This document shows positions 13,311-27,181 of a stretch of 64,000 bases of DNA, piece after piece. How positions within the stretch are numbered: position 1 is the stretch's first letter; each line of letters starts with the position of its first letter. Made by a program: the position numbers and the translations under genes. The stretch is from NCBI RefSeq assembly GCF_006345805.1, contig NC_043011.1, positions 59,656,464 through 59,720,463 of the forward strand, in the 5' to 3' direction. This DNA comes from Octopus sinensis (Eukaryota). Below the pieces are notes generated by a model. The model worked only from the letters and a program-made list of their open reading frames with translations. It did not search any database and was not told where the DNA came from.

Positions 13311-14645
13311 ACGTGCAGATTTGTATGTTTTGTTTTATGTATGTATTCTCATGCATATAGTTACATATCTAGACATGCTCATATATATTTAAATGATAAA
13401 CTTCTGGAAAGTTTTAACACCGACACCTTGTCTTTGTGTATCTTTAGAGTGACCTTAGGTGTCCTTGAGTGTCCTTAGGTGTCCCTAGAGGGGTCCACTC
13501 TGTGGCAAGTGTTCAGGAAGTCCCTGATCTATGTGGTGTGCTGTTTTCGTCCTCGTTGTTGTTGGGGGCTGCTCTTTCCACTCTGGTTATACCACGAAAA
13601 AGTAACTCAATGCGATCATTCAAGAAGGCATCTAGTCAAAGCATAGAGTGATACTCAGTGCAGAAGAACATTTCGTCTCCACTTGTTTCTGCTACGGTCA
13701 TACTGGAGCATCGCCATTCCTTGCAAAAGAGTAAATCGTATAAGCAAATCTCAGATCCAACAAATTTCACATTTTCAATTATAGAATATTGGATCTCTTA
13801 CGAATATATTCCCTAGATTTCATCAAAACCTGTTTGTGAATAAACTGATTCTTTACGGGTGTGTCTTTGCTGTGATCCCTTAAAATAAATGAACGTGACC
13901 GAATCTCGAAGTATTTCGAATTCTCAACATAAATGTTTACCCCTCTATTCTACTCTTGTTCTTCAGAAATAAACTTCTACTTCTTTATCGCTTTTATAGC
14001 CTACTTCATTCCTTTGCTGTGATTTCTTCTAATAACTCTCAATGCGACTCAATTCCAAAGTCTCAGAATAGCTGTTCCTCCTGCGTTCTTGCTCCACTTC
14101 AATAACAACACATTTTTTTTATCGCTTTATTGTCTACTTCGATTATATATACCTTCTTTTTATTTTTACTTCAAGTAAGACATTAAATTATCCTTAAAAA
14201 GATTTTATATATTATGAAATTATACAAACTTCTTAAAAACAACTTCGATTATAATTCTAAAGCAAACTGGAATCTTTTATTTTTCTAAAAATGTTATTTT
14301 TTCTTCTTCTTTCAAACGAGTTCCTTGCATGAGCAAAAGAAAATCTCAAAGCATACATACACACATCAACACACGCACACAACAACTTCCACATACACTC
14401 ATATACATACGTACAAATACACACACATAATACATATACATATGTATTTGTATATACATACGCATAAATATATAAATGCGTTTCTCTATCAATATATATA
14501 TACATATATATATATATATGCGTAAATACATATGTATGTATACATATATATATACCCATTTATAGATTATATATATATATATATATTTCCACATATAATG
14601 TGTATATATATATGGATATATATATACATATATGCATATATATGC

Positions 14646-14704
<59 letters not shown>

Positions 14705-15545
14705 CACCATTCTCTGTAAGGTGTTTAATTGTAGAATATTTTGTCATTATCTTTTTTTTTTTAATCTCCAAAGTATCATTTTTAAATAGAATTTCACGGA
14801 AACAAACTATGAAACCTCGTCGAAATCTTTATCAATCTGGAAAGACCTCTCTTAATCCTAATTTTCTCATTAACAAATTAAGGCATCGTTCCTGTAATTC
14901 CTTGCTTCCCTACCCTTCTCTCACACTCTCTTCTTTAACCCCCTTACTCTATCTCCTATCTGCATCTCTATCTATTTTTCTATCATCTCCCTGTTTCCAT
15001 TTACCCTCTCTCCTTGTCTTTATCTTGTCATATGTGGGACAGAAACCCTTTTTCAATACTGAAAGACGTTTCGAAACAATGAAAAGCAGCAACTGTTTGG
15101 TTTAGACTCTCACTCTGCGTGTGTATGTGTGTGTGTGTGTGGCGCATGCGTGTGTGTGTGTGTGTGCACGTGTATTGCGTAGAAGTCTTATATTTTCTTG
15201 TTTCCATTAAGCGTTTCCATACTTAAACATTTCATGCAATTCAAAAAGAACAAAAAAAAAAATACCTTCGGTAGGATTGTTACGGTTACGCAGTTAGCCA
15301 TCACCGGTGTTATAATGGGTTTCATTTTATTCCTTTATGGGTTCCAGCCCAAAGACTGTGGCCATGCTGGATTACCGCCATTCTATTTATTTATATTAAT
15401 TTTTTGCTTTATATTTCAAACTGGTTTAAAATTTCAAAACTTGATTAACTATATTCTATTTTTTCTTAAATTTATACTAATTCTGAGAATATTGATAAAA
15501 CCATTGTTATTATTATTATTATTATTATTATCATGATTGTTGCTG

Positions 15546-15594
<49 letters not shown>

Positions 15595-15995
15595 CATTAT
15601 TATTATTATTATTATTATTATTACTAAGGCGGTGAGCCGGCAGACGCGTTAGCGTGCCGGACAAAATGCATAGCGACATTTCGTCCGTCTTTACGTTCTG
15701 AGTTCAAATTCCACCGAGGTCAACTTTGCCTTTCGTCCTTTCGGTGTCGATAAATTAAGTACCAGTTACGCACTGGGGTCGATGTAATCGACTAGTCCGG
15801 CTCGCGCTAAATTTCAGGCCTTGTGCCTTCAGCAGAAAGATTATTATTATTATTATCATTATTATTACAAATTTTATGTTGTTTTTGTTGGGTTTTTTTT
15901 TTATTTTGTAACTTTATTGACTGTTGACTGTCGACTGATCGAACTCGATGATGTCGAAGTCAAAATGGCTGACAATAATCACTCCGCCTGCCCTT

Positions 15996-16055
15996 TGTAT
16001 CACATGCGATACACAGGAGATATTTCCCTGGTCTCCATACATCATATGTGATACA
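15996..16055 (-). ncRNA. Pre-miRNA-like 60-nt hairpin
   Basis: Minus strand folds into about 23 bp with one mismatch, one bulge and an 11-nt loop, plus a partial basal stem. Confidence 0.3.
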
Positions 16056-17129
16056 CAATGCCAATATTGTTTTTTTCTTAACCTCCAGTATAACTTGGGA
16101 CTTCTGAAAGGAAAGCTTGATATTACTCAGAACATGTAAAACAAAGGCTAAATTAAAAGTCGGAAAACAAGCATGGACGGTTTTGGACAAATCTATGAAA
16201 ATGCTTTGGGCAGGCAAAGAGTTAAAAAACAAAACGTTGGATTTTTAAAAGAAATGGTCGCATCTTTCTTCTCGCCGTACCCTGTCTTTCTTTATCCCGT
16301 GGTCATAAACTGGTTCTAGCCAAAGCTATATTCTCTAGAGTATTCTTCTACTCTAACGGTTACCCTCAAATAGTTTACAACCCATGACAAAAACACGTAT
16401 GTTGACATATATTTGTAAAGCCTGAGTATACTATAAAAATCTTGCAGACAATAATGTATATATACTTATGTATAATTTTGAAGTCAAAACAGTATATTGT
16501 TTTAAATTATTGTCAGTTTGTATATTTTTGCTAAATGTTCTTCAAACTCTAACAAACGAACATTTTTTTTTCTTTCTTTTTGTTGAAGATCCATTATGGA
16601 GGTTAACAACAATCTGCTTTATTATAACCGTTTCGTTTTAGAAAAACAAGGAAACGGTTAACTGGTTCGAAAAATTTTTTAACCGTAACAATTCTATTTT
16701 TTTTTTTTTTTAATAATTTTTTTTTTTTTTCGAGTAAGCAACTCTTTTTCAACATCTTGAATCGTTCGACAATGTTTCAAACAGTAATTTTAAAAATCTT
16801 AGATACGATGTTCTCATTTCATTTCGATATTAGGAATAACTGTGAATCATTTCTTTACATATCTTACAATTTTCTCAATTGTTTTGTTGAGTATTATGTT
16901 TACGTTGTTATTGTTGAAATAAATGATGTTCTCTTTAATTACAATTGCTGTTAATTACTCACTGATATGTTATTTAAAATATTTATCCATTTTCTTTGTC
17001 GTAAACTTCAAATCTTGGCTGATAGACCAGTTTTTAACAAAATAACACAATGAAACCTTCTATGATACCCCATCTGCCGAAAAATGGAGTCCCTTGTATT
17101 CACATGAATGGAAGATACTTTATATAATT

Positions 17130-17595
17130 TCGCCGGGCGAAATGCTTAGCGGTATTTCATCTGCCGTTACGTTGTGAGACGCCGAGGTCGACTTTGCCTT
17201 TCATCCTTTCAAGGGTCGATAAATAAGTACCAGTTACGCACTGGGGTCGATGTAATCGACTTAATACCTATATCTGTCCTTGTTTGTCCCCTCTGTGTTT
17301 AGCCCCTTGTGGGTAATAAATAAATAGGTATTTCATCTGCCGTTACGTTGTGAATTCAAATTCCACCGAGGTCGACTTTGCCTATCATCCATTCAAGGGT
17401 CGATAAATTAAGTACCAGTTACGCACTGGGGTCGATGTAATCGACTTAATACCTATGTCTGTCCTTGTTTGTCCCCTCTATGTTTAGCCCCTTGTGGGTA
17501 GTAAAGAAATAGGTATTTCGTCTGTCGTTACGCTCTGCTTTGTCTGTCCTTGTTTGTCCCCTCTATGTTTAGCCCCTTGTGGACAATAAAGAAAT
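17130..17595 (+). mobile_element. Multimeric SINE (family A) with 18-bp TSD
   Basis: AAGATACTTTATATAATT at 17112-17129 and 17596-17613; three head-to-tail core/tail modules inside. Confidence 0.85.
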
Positions 17596-19762
17596 AAGAT
17601 ACTTTATATAATTAGCGATCTGTATACATAAAGTTATAACATTATGTTAAAAGCTTTCTAAATTTCAGAATTCGTCTTGAGGAAGTATCTCTTATCGACT
17701 TATATTGTTAAAAACGCAGATATATCAGCATCAGGGGAGGAACCCAGCAGAATTGGTAGAATTACTGGATCGAAATTTCTGCTTCAGCAGCTGCAAATCT
17801 CCACGTCACCGCATGCCAAGCAAACATCGGCTGCTAACTGATAGAGTTGGACAGTGATTGAAAGGTCACTAATGTCGGACTGGTCAGACTGGAATTTATT
17901 ATTATTATTATTAGCGACTAAAACGATCGCTAATTTCGATCTAGTGCTGCTTCCGTCGCTAGTAATAGACTTTATATAACATACAAATGACAAATAATAT
18001 TATAACTATAGTTGAATGGTGACTAAGCTATTTAAAGGGATGAACCGTAGACATCAGCATTAACCAAAAGTCATGGGAAAGCCTTCCTTCTGAGAGATCT
18101 TCCTCTCACAGTCTCATAAGAAAAGATACCTTACTATAGAAGAAGACCAGGAACAGACTTGTTAACTTGAAGTGGAAACTTCTGGTCAAAAAAGACAAGG
18201 GAGACAACTCAAGCGTGTTCAAAATTAAATAAGGAAACTGCAGTGCAGTAATACTCTGATCTTTAGCAAATTTGCTGACAATTCTAAACATATTTTCATC
18301 GTACTAGAATATTTGAGCGAAGCATTATCTTATCAGTTCTTCGCAGATCTTAAATAACCGATATATATATATAAACATTTTGAGCGGGGATCATTTTACC
18401 TGGACTTACTCAACTTCGTTTTCAACTCCGTAAATTGAAAAGAAAACTGAGAAAGTCCAGAGCAAAAATTGTGGTCTTCCTCTTCTGGACATAGTCATAC
18501 TGAAGATAAACATACAAACAGACAGACAAAAAAAAAACAGATATGCATTCAGGTTTCCACGCAGTTTAACCAAATCCTCTCAGAAGCCATTAACAGGCCT
18601 GGGGTTATCGTAGACGACATTTGCCCAAAGTGCCGCACAGTGGGACTAAATCCGAATGCATGTGGCTGCAAAGCGAGCTGATACTGAGGATGATGTGTTC
18701 GAATAAAACCTTCAAAGTAGTGCCCCAACATGGCCGCAATATAATTGCTGAAGCCCTGTACTGTTCAAAATTGTAATAACTCGCTGTTATCTAAGATCTT
18801 CGAAAATAGCCATTCATCGCGATTCTCCGCTCAGTATTCTCGGGACGATCGCGGGAGTGGAGTCTGCAGGCACCGCGATCGGGTCCTAACAGAAGCAACT
18901 GTCTCATCGGTTGGATTCTTAAATAAAACCAACTTAGACTATAGACGTTATCCACCCATCTCGGTTTTTTTTTTTTTTTTATCTACCCCTAGATCTGTGC
19001 AGGAATTGCTGATAAGAAAAGGCATTACTGAAAATGTAATAAAACGGAAATATGCTCAAAGTTGGTCCCTATATTTGCCAAAACTTAGATTCTTTCTCCA
19101 TTGCCTTCCGCTTTTTAATTTTGAATTACTCTGAGTTGCGTCCCTTAACTCTCTTGACCAGAATTAATAATTAAACTCGTGTTTGTTTGTTTTTAATTCA
19201 TAATGGTTATGATTTTAATTCATTAAAATTTTCATCTTCTCTAGATTGAAAATTCGAACTTTCATTTTACAAAATATCTGTTTTCTGACAATTAACATTT
19301 TCGCTAAATGAGGTTAATAATCCGAAAACCAAATTATAATGATTTTAACGATAATTCATGCCAGGCATTTAATGTAGTCCGTTAGGTTTGATTCAATAAT
19401 TCCTCGCTTCAAATCTCCGGGTAGAGCCGTTTTATTTCACTTGTACAGCAGGTACTCCTGAGAAAACGTGAACATCACACTTCAAAATTGTCCGCCTTTT
19501 TTATCTCCTAAAATACTGAACTCTCATATTTCAGCAAAACAGAAATTCATTTCAGTTTTAAAATCGATCGATTATTCTGGCTATTTTACTGCCATTGCTA
19601 GAACCTCAAATTCTCGGAACTGGCAGTTCTGGAGCAAGCTCCATTTATATAGGCCCAAATGGCTCTGTCATCCCTCCATCTCTCATCAGTCACATTGCAT
19701 AAACCTCACCATCCAATTCCTTTTTCATTGAACTTCTATTCCTAGTCTTTCTATTTTTGAGC

Positions 19763-19830
19763 TATACGAAAGTCGGCTGAAAAGTCCATAGGCTGACCAA
19801 GATACTCTCATGGAGTGTGACGAAATTGCA
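19763..19830 (+). mobile_element. Mariner-type terminal fragment
   Basis: TA-cgaaagtcggctgaaaagtccataggctgacc resembles a Tc1/mariner TIR. Confidence 0.45.
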
Positions 19831-20616
19831 TACTAAAAGGGGTAAACTCCAAGGAAACTGCAGTTAGCAATCATCACCTGAAGCTAAGGGTATTGAAAAT
19901 ATCGATTTCTTCTTTACAATGGTGCTCAGTAAGATATTAAATCGTTCGATATATTACTTGTACATCTTAACAAGACAACATTAGATCGTCGACGGCCTTG
20001 TTTCTCCTATACTAGGACTCACACTCTAATTTCTTCAAGCCACACCCTGCTTACTTATTGCCCAAGGAAACGGAATACTCATCCCTGAACTGCCTCTGAA
20101 CAAGGCTGACAACAACAGCAGCAACAACAGCAACAACGTGTGGTACTTATTTTATCAAACCCAAAGGGCTGAAACACTGAAATCGACCTTGGCGGATTTT
20201 CAGTCTAAAACTTAAAGGAAGATAGCCGAAGGTCGCGAGTTATTTTAACGTCTCTCCATTAATAATATCACACATGGGCAAGTGTCTTCCACCATAGCGT
20301 CGAATTTATTAACGGTATTTTAAAATTACAAGCGTTCTCTATCCATTTTGTTTTCCATACCTACATACATACATACATACATACACACACACATATATAT
20401 ATATATATTTCTTAATTGCTCCCAAGGGGCAAAACATACAGGGGACAAACAAGGACAGACAAAGGGATTAAGTCGATTACATCGACCCCAGTGCGTAACT
20501 GGTACTTTATTTATCGATCCCGAAAGGATGAAAGGCAAAGTCGACCTCGGCGGAATTTGAACTCAGAACGTAGCGGCAGACGAAATACGGTACACATTTC
20601 GCCAGCTCGCCACCTT

Positions 20617-21005
<389 letters not shown>

Positions 21006-21062
21006 ATAAACAACAGTTTGTATCAATAAGTAATTTTTACAGATGTAAGAAACTACAATATA

Positions 21063-21108
<46 letters not shown>

Positions 21109-21552
21109 TCTTTTACACTTTTACTCGTTTCAGCCATGCGGCTGTGGTCATGCTGGAGCACTACCATATACATGATATATTGTAGTTTCTTACATCTGTA
21201 AAAATTACTTATTGATGGAAACTGTTGTTTATATCCTCCCTGATAAGATTGATGCCTTTTTCCACATTATTCTTCCTCTCGCATTCATTTTAATGCATCT
21301 ATCGAAACATACGTCGGTGATATAAATGATTTAAATAACTTCTCGAGACTTTGTCTCCATTTACCATTATTCTTAAGTTCTCCAAAACACGTCTCACACG
21401 CGAGTGTGATTACTAATTTCTTGGGCGCTATGTGCCATTTGGCTGCCTTGTAACTTTTCCTCTGGATCTTTCCTTGTAAACTGAACATATATACATATAT
21501 ATATATATATATATAATATATATACTTTATTTCAAGCAGCAGAAAACTCAAC

Positions 21553-21599
21553 AAAATCTGTTACTCTGAGTTTCTCGTTGCCGTTCATCAGACAGTTTT
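21553..21599 (-). ncRNA. Type I hammerhead ribozyme motif in a Penelope-like terminal repeat fragment
   Basis: Minus strand aaaaCTGT-CTGATGA-acg-gcaa-cga-GAAA-ctcagag-TA-ACAGatttt: intact core, stem I, GNRA-capped stem II (closing pair A.A mismatch), short stem III, GUA cleavage triplet. Confidence 0.65.
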
Positions 21600-21875
21600 T
21601 GCTAGAATGGAATTGATATATTAATTCAATCTAGACTCTTACAAACGCTACACCTTTAAAAAAATGGACTTGTTTGATTGGCCCTTTAGAAATAACGGTC
21701 AATCTTCGAGCGATAAACAAAAAAAGCTCAAAAATATATGTATATATATATAAAAAAATTATAAAAATTATAAAATTCGAGGAAAAAACCTTACATTGAA
21801 TAAAATACATATTGACGTTAATGAAGAAAGTATAATTAATGCATAGAAATTAAAACCTATTACCTGTTTACTCCG

Positions 21876-21916
<41 letters not shown>

Positions 21917-21958
21917 GATAAAAAGAAAGAGAGAGAGAGGAAAAGAAAGAGAGGGAGG

Positions 21959-22042
<84 letters not shown>

Positions 22043-24526
22043 GGTGTGTTGTGTGTGTTTATTAGTGTATTATTAGGCACATATTCTTCGCCGATAGCCA
22101 TCGGCAAAGAATGTTAACTTCGGTGAGGAAACCAAAAAGCAGTCTTCTTTTAATGAAATACCTTGTCATGTTTGTTCTGCATCCAGTTACACAGATACTT
22201 CCTTGCTGAAATACAATGAACTAGTAATTAACAAGTTGCTAATTTGTAATCCTCGAACCGTCTCTCGTGGCTCATTGAAGCGTTCAAATATGATAAAATC
22301 AATTTCGACGCGTTGAAAGATCGCTCACATCAAGTAATTAAACTTGTATCGATCATTATTTTAATAGCTCCATCCAAATAGGGGAAATCATTTCCATTTT
22401 CATATGTGACCAATAAATATGGACAGTTTCGCAGTATCAGAAAACTCAATGTTTAGCCGACCTTTCAGAAAAGTCTTACAATCGAAGATTTCTTTCAAAG
22501 TCCATTTATACTATGGCAATAAAAGTAGCGTCCAAAGTTGGAAAAAAATATACTTTAAGATCTATTTTACACAACAAAAGCTGTATTGGATTAAAATAGG
22601 AACATGTGTATCATATTAAATGTAAATACATGTCATAAAGTGACTTTACTGCGATATTCTGGCAGAGATAAAATCTTTTGTGGACAAGGCAAAATCGTTT
22701 TAGCAGAAGCGTATTTAGCCTTAGCGACATTTCTTCCGCCACTTTACGTTCTGAGATCAAATTGTGTTGAGGTCGATTTTACCTTTCATCCTTTTTCTGT
22801 CGATAAAATAAGTACCAGTTAAATACTGAGGTCGATATAATCGACTGACCCACTCCTCCTAAAATTGCTAGTATTGTGCCAAAATTTGAGACAAATATCT
22901 CTTATGAATTTACTATGTTTAAAAGCGCAATATACAACGGAAGTAGAGGAAAAGCATTCCAGCAGTGGCCCGTGGGAATGCATTTCCAGCTCGCTATGAC
23001 TTGTCTGTAGCATGTTGCTGATTTAATTTAAGTCAAACAGCAATTCTCTAGAATCTGAATGAAATACAAATTTTTAGCCCAAGTCATGAAGACGATTATA
23101 GAAACCTTCCATAATTTCATTGTTCACATAATTCATGACTTTTTCATTAAATATTGTTTCTACTTTCTGAGCCACTCCTCTGCATAAATATCCCAGTCAT
23201 CCCGTGGTTTCAGCCCAGCTTCAAGTGATTCACTGGTTAGTTGTTCTCGACTACTTGAAAATTAAACTTGAAGGAACTTTAAATTGCAAACAGCACCATG
23301 AATGTTTAAGCTTAATGCTTACTGATTTTGAAACCGTTGTTTTTTTAAACAGTCAATCAAACTCCAAATTCCAGGCCGACCAGTTTTCCCACATATTTAC
23401 GAGCAGTTTGATTTTGATCATCAGTTATATTTTACAAAAGTTCCACTATGATATGACTGCTCTGCTTAATTTTTTTAACATCATTGAGATTCATATTCGC
23501 TTTTGGCAGTTATTTTGTATTACCATCCAGCTTTTGTCAATGAAGAGTTGAGCAGAAAAAGAATAAATTGCACCAAAAAAAAAAAAATAGTTACCATCCA
23601 TACATCTTAGCTAGCATCACGCACTCCATCCAAACGGAGAGAATGATTATCGCAGATCACAAAAAGCATTAATCCTTTATTTAACACCACTTTTTATCAC
23701 CAACCATAACTGCAACAGTGTCATGGCAGTGAGGTCGACGGTTTTCTAACGGAGTTTCGTCTTTTTTAAGCTATTCCAAAAGTACACGTTGTTTTCAATA
23801 TCCTTTCGTTTTAATTAGATAAATCTAAGAAAGACTATTTTAGAAAAAATTGATTCCTCCTAAAAATCAATATCAACATAACTAGTTCTTTCTGTTGTTT
23901 ACTCTTGATCTGGAGAAGAAACAAACGTGAGGCCAAAATATTTGGTCTTCTGAATGCTAACAAGCAATTCCTGGCAAACAGCAGAACGTATCACTTGAAT
24001 ACTTTAATTCCACATTAACGGAATTAAATATATTTTTCCAGAGTTCCTTTATTCGCATTACTCAGATGTTGTTTCATGACAAGATCAAAGTTTACCGACA
24101 ATTTTAATAACCCAAAACAAATTTCCAAACATTCTTTCTTTTTTCTTCGTCTCAAAACGACTCGCTTTGACCACGCTATGCAAGGCTTTGAGTTGCTGAA
24201 ATTTTTATGTATGGAGAATTTTTTGTCGTTTCATGGCTTCTAGGCTTTCCAGTAGTAAACTCCATTTTCTTGTTCAAAATAAAAAGAAACTGATGTTATT
24301 ATCTTATCAATTAGCCACGACAGTATTGTTGAATCACTACTAATCGAATAAAATTATAAAAAAGAAAAGTTTAAAAATGGAAACCACATATTACGTACAA
24401 TGTGTGGTGGGGGCGGGAGTGTTTGTGGTTGTCCGTGTATATGGAGCTAATCAACGGCAGCATTCGTCCTATTTATCTGGACTGCCATTTTAGCTTGGCG
24501 ATAACTATTAATACATATATACATAC

Positions 24527-24585
<59 letters not shown>

Positions 24586-24798
24586 GGAGATGTACTTGCA
24601 TAGCATGCGACCTGAGAGCGTGTGCTGAAATGAAAACAATTGCAGCGTGGAAGGTGTTTATAAGCCATTTAAAAACACACAAAAACCGTTAGATTCACTT
24701 CAACGTTTAAACTTAATTTACCAAAATATTTTCGGGGCTTTGAGACCGCGACCTCTTCACTAACAAAATACCGTGCTACATGTATGTATGTATGTATA

Positions 24799-24829
<31 letters not shown>

Positions 24830-25892
24830 CACACGATATGAAGATATGCTATTCCCAAATTAGTATATTTTAACTAAAATTTAAAATGTTAATCATAAAA
24901 TCTCCACCACCACCTCTCCCAGAATAGACTTGGCATCGAGTGCATGTACTCCTTTCTGTCGCCCCATTTCTACCCTCTACCCTCGTATCATCTCTGCCTG
25001 ACTAAAATCTCTTTCATCATACGTGTGTCCGATCTCGGCTGACCTGGAGTGAAGCGACAACACCGGAATGAATATTGAATATCTCTGTACACAAATAATA
25101 AAAATGGGAAAATTTTTTTTTTTTGTTCTTTCTGTCGCGAGATATTAAGCAAAGCCGCCATTCATTAAATGACATGGCACATGCATCCACGTTTCTTCCT
25201 CGTAATAATACTAATAGATAAATAGACAGATGCCATTTTGCAATCTTACAACCTCAAGCATGGTTCTGTATGATCTCTATTTTCTTTCATCCTCCTGTCC
25301 TTCGTTTACTTGGAATCTAACAAATTACTTTGAATTAATCAGAGCTGAAATGTAATCGGTTAGACTTAATTTCTTGTGGTTGCTTCGATGCGATTATGTT
25401 GCCCGTTACAAGTATTCTCTTTTAATATTGATATCAATTGAAAAATATCATTTCTGTCTCTGGCAGCAGAATTTAATTAAGAAAAGGCCGCGCATTACAT
25501 CCAAAAGCCTAAATAAAGCCAGCCGTCTGTATCAATATTCCAATAGCTTTACAGCAAAGGCTACAAGAAATAATGACCTTATCTATAGACCCAGCTTGTT
25601 CTTCTTTTTAGAAGTGCTGTTAACCACTGTGTACTTGAATTATCTTTTGCTTCATGGGGCTTTCGGATGCTTGATCGGGTATATTACAGATATGTATGCC
25701 TGGATTGGCACCCAACGAGGTCTGACTGCATGAAAGGCACCGGGCTGTAGAAAACTCTACACCCCGACATGCATTCGTCTGATCCATGCAAGCATATAAA
25801 AGTAGACGTTTAAAACATGGATGATGAGGATGGTGGTGGTGTGGTGGTGGTGGTGACAACGACGACGATGACGATGACGATGATGATGATGG

Positions 25893-25926
<34 letters not shown>

Positions 25927-27150
25927 AACCTTCGGTTAGTTGAGACATTTAATAATTATCATTCGCTTCGCAGAAATTGATTTCAGCAGTACTCGAACTC
26001 AAAAGACGGCAACTCTGTAACAAAGTACTCCTGGAAACGATGTCCAACAACTCTACCGAATCCCATACATCAATCAACACCTATTTCTTGACTGGTACCA
26101 TATTCATCGACCTCGATGGAGTTTAGCAATCCACCATCCTCATTCTCGTCCCATCAATAGACACAAGGCCCGAAATTTTGTGGGAGAGGGACCAGCCGAT
26201 TAGATCGAACCCAGTACGCAACTGGCACTTAATTAATCGACCTCGAAAGTATGAAAGGCCAAGTCGACCTCGGCGGAATTTGAACTCAAAACGTAAAGAC
26301 AGACGAAGTACCGCTAGGCATTTCGCCCGGCGTGCTAACGATTCTGCCAGCTCGCCGCCTTCTCGTCCCAACAATTTTAACGTTTCTAGCATAAGCTTAA
26401 AACCAGAAATTTGGCGAAAGATCTTAATTAAATAAATCGACTCTGTACTTGACTGATACGTTATTTTATCGATCCGTGGACGATAAAAGGTAAAGTTAAC
26501 CATAACTGGATTTGAACTCAGAGCGTAGAGTTGGAAGAAATGTTACATATGCGCAGAAGTGGCTGTGTGAAAAGTAGCTTGCTTACCAACCACATGGTTC
26601 CGGGTTCAGTCCCACTGCGTAGTACCTCGGGCGTCTTTTACCAAAACCTCGGCTCGACCAAAGCTTTGCGAATGGACTTGGTAGACGGAACTGAAAGAAG
26701 CCCATCGTATATGTGTGTGTGTGTGTGTGTGTGCGTCTGTTTGTCCCCGCTCCATCGCTTTGACAACCGATGTTGAAGAAATAAAGTCTAACAGAAAAAC
26801 TCTTTCGTCAGTCCCACTAAAGATTCTGCACCGCCTTAGTAATAATTGTCTGACATTTTCTTGAGGCATCGAAATTGTCGAAGAATCGATGATAGGATGC
26901 AAGATATTAAGAAACGCTTTATTTACAAGGCCCTTTTAAGCTATTTTATCGTGTGATTCTGTTTTGCTAATCTATCTGTCTTTCTCTGTATCAATATCTA
27001 TCAATCAATATCTGTCTTTTTATCTATCAATCTATTTCTCTATCAATATCTATGAGTATTTATCTGTTTATCAATAGCTTTCTATCAATATCTATCTATC
27101 TATCTATCTGTCTATCTATATATATATACATCTGTCTGTCTGTCTATCTA

Positions 27151-27181
<31 letters not shown>

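Noticed and set aside
23050-24400. Possible decayed transposase-like sequence
   Set aside because: No motif could be recovered in any frame with confidence.
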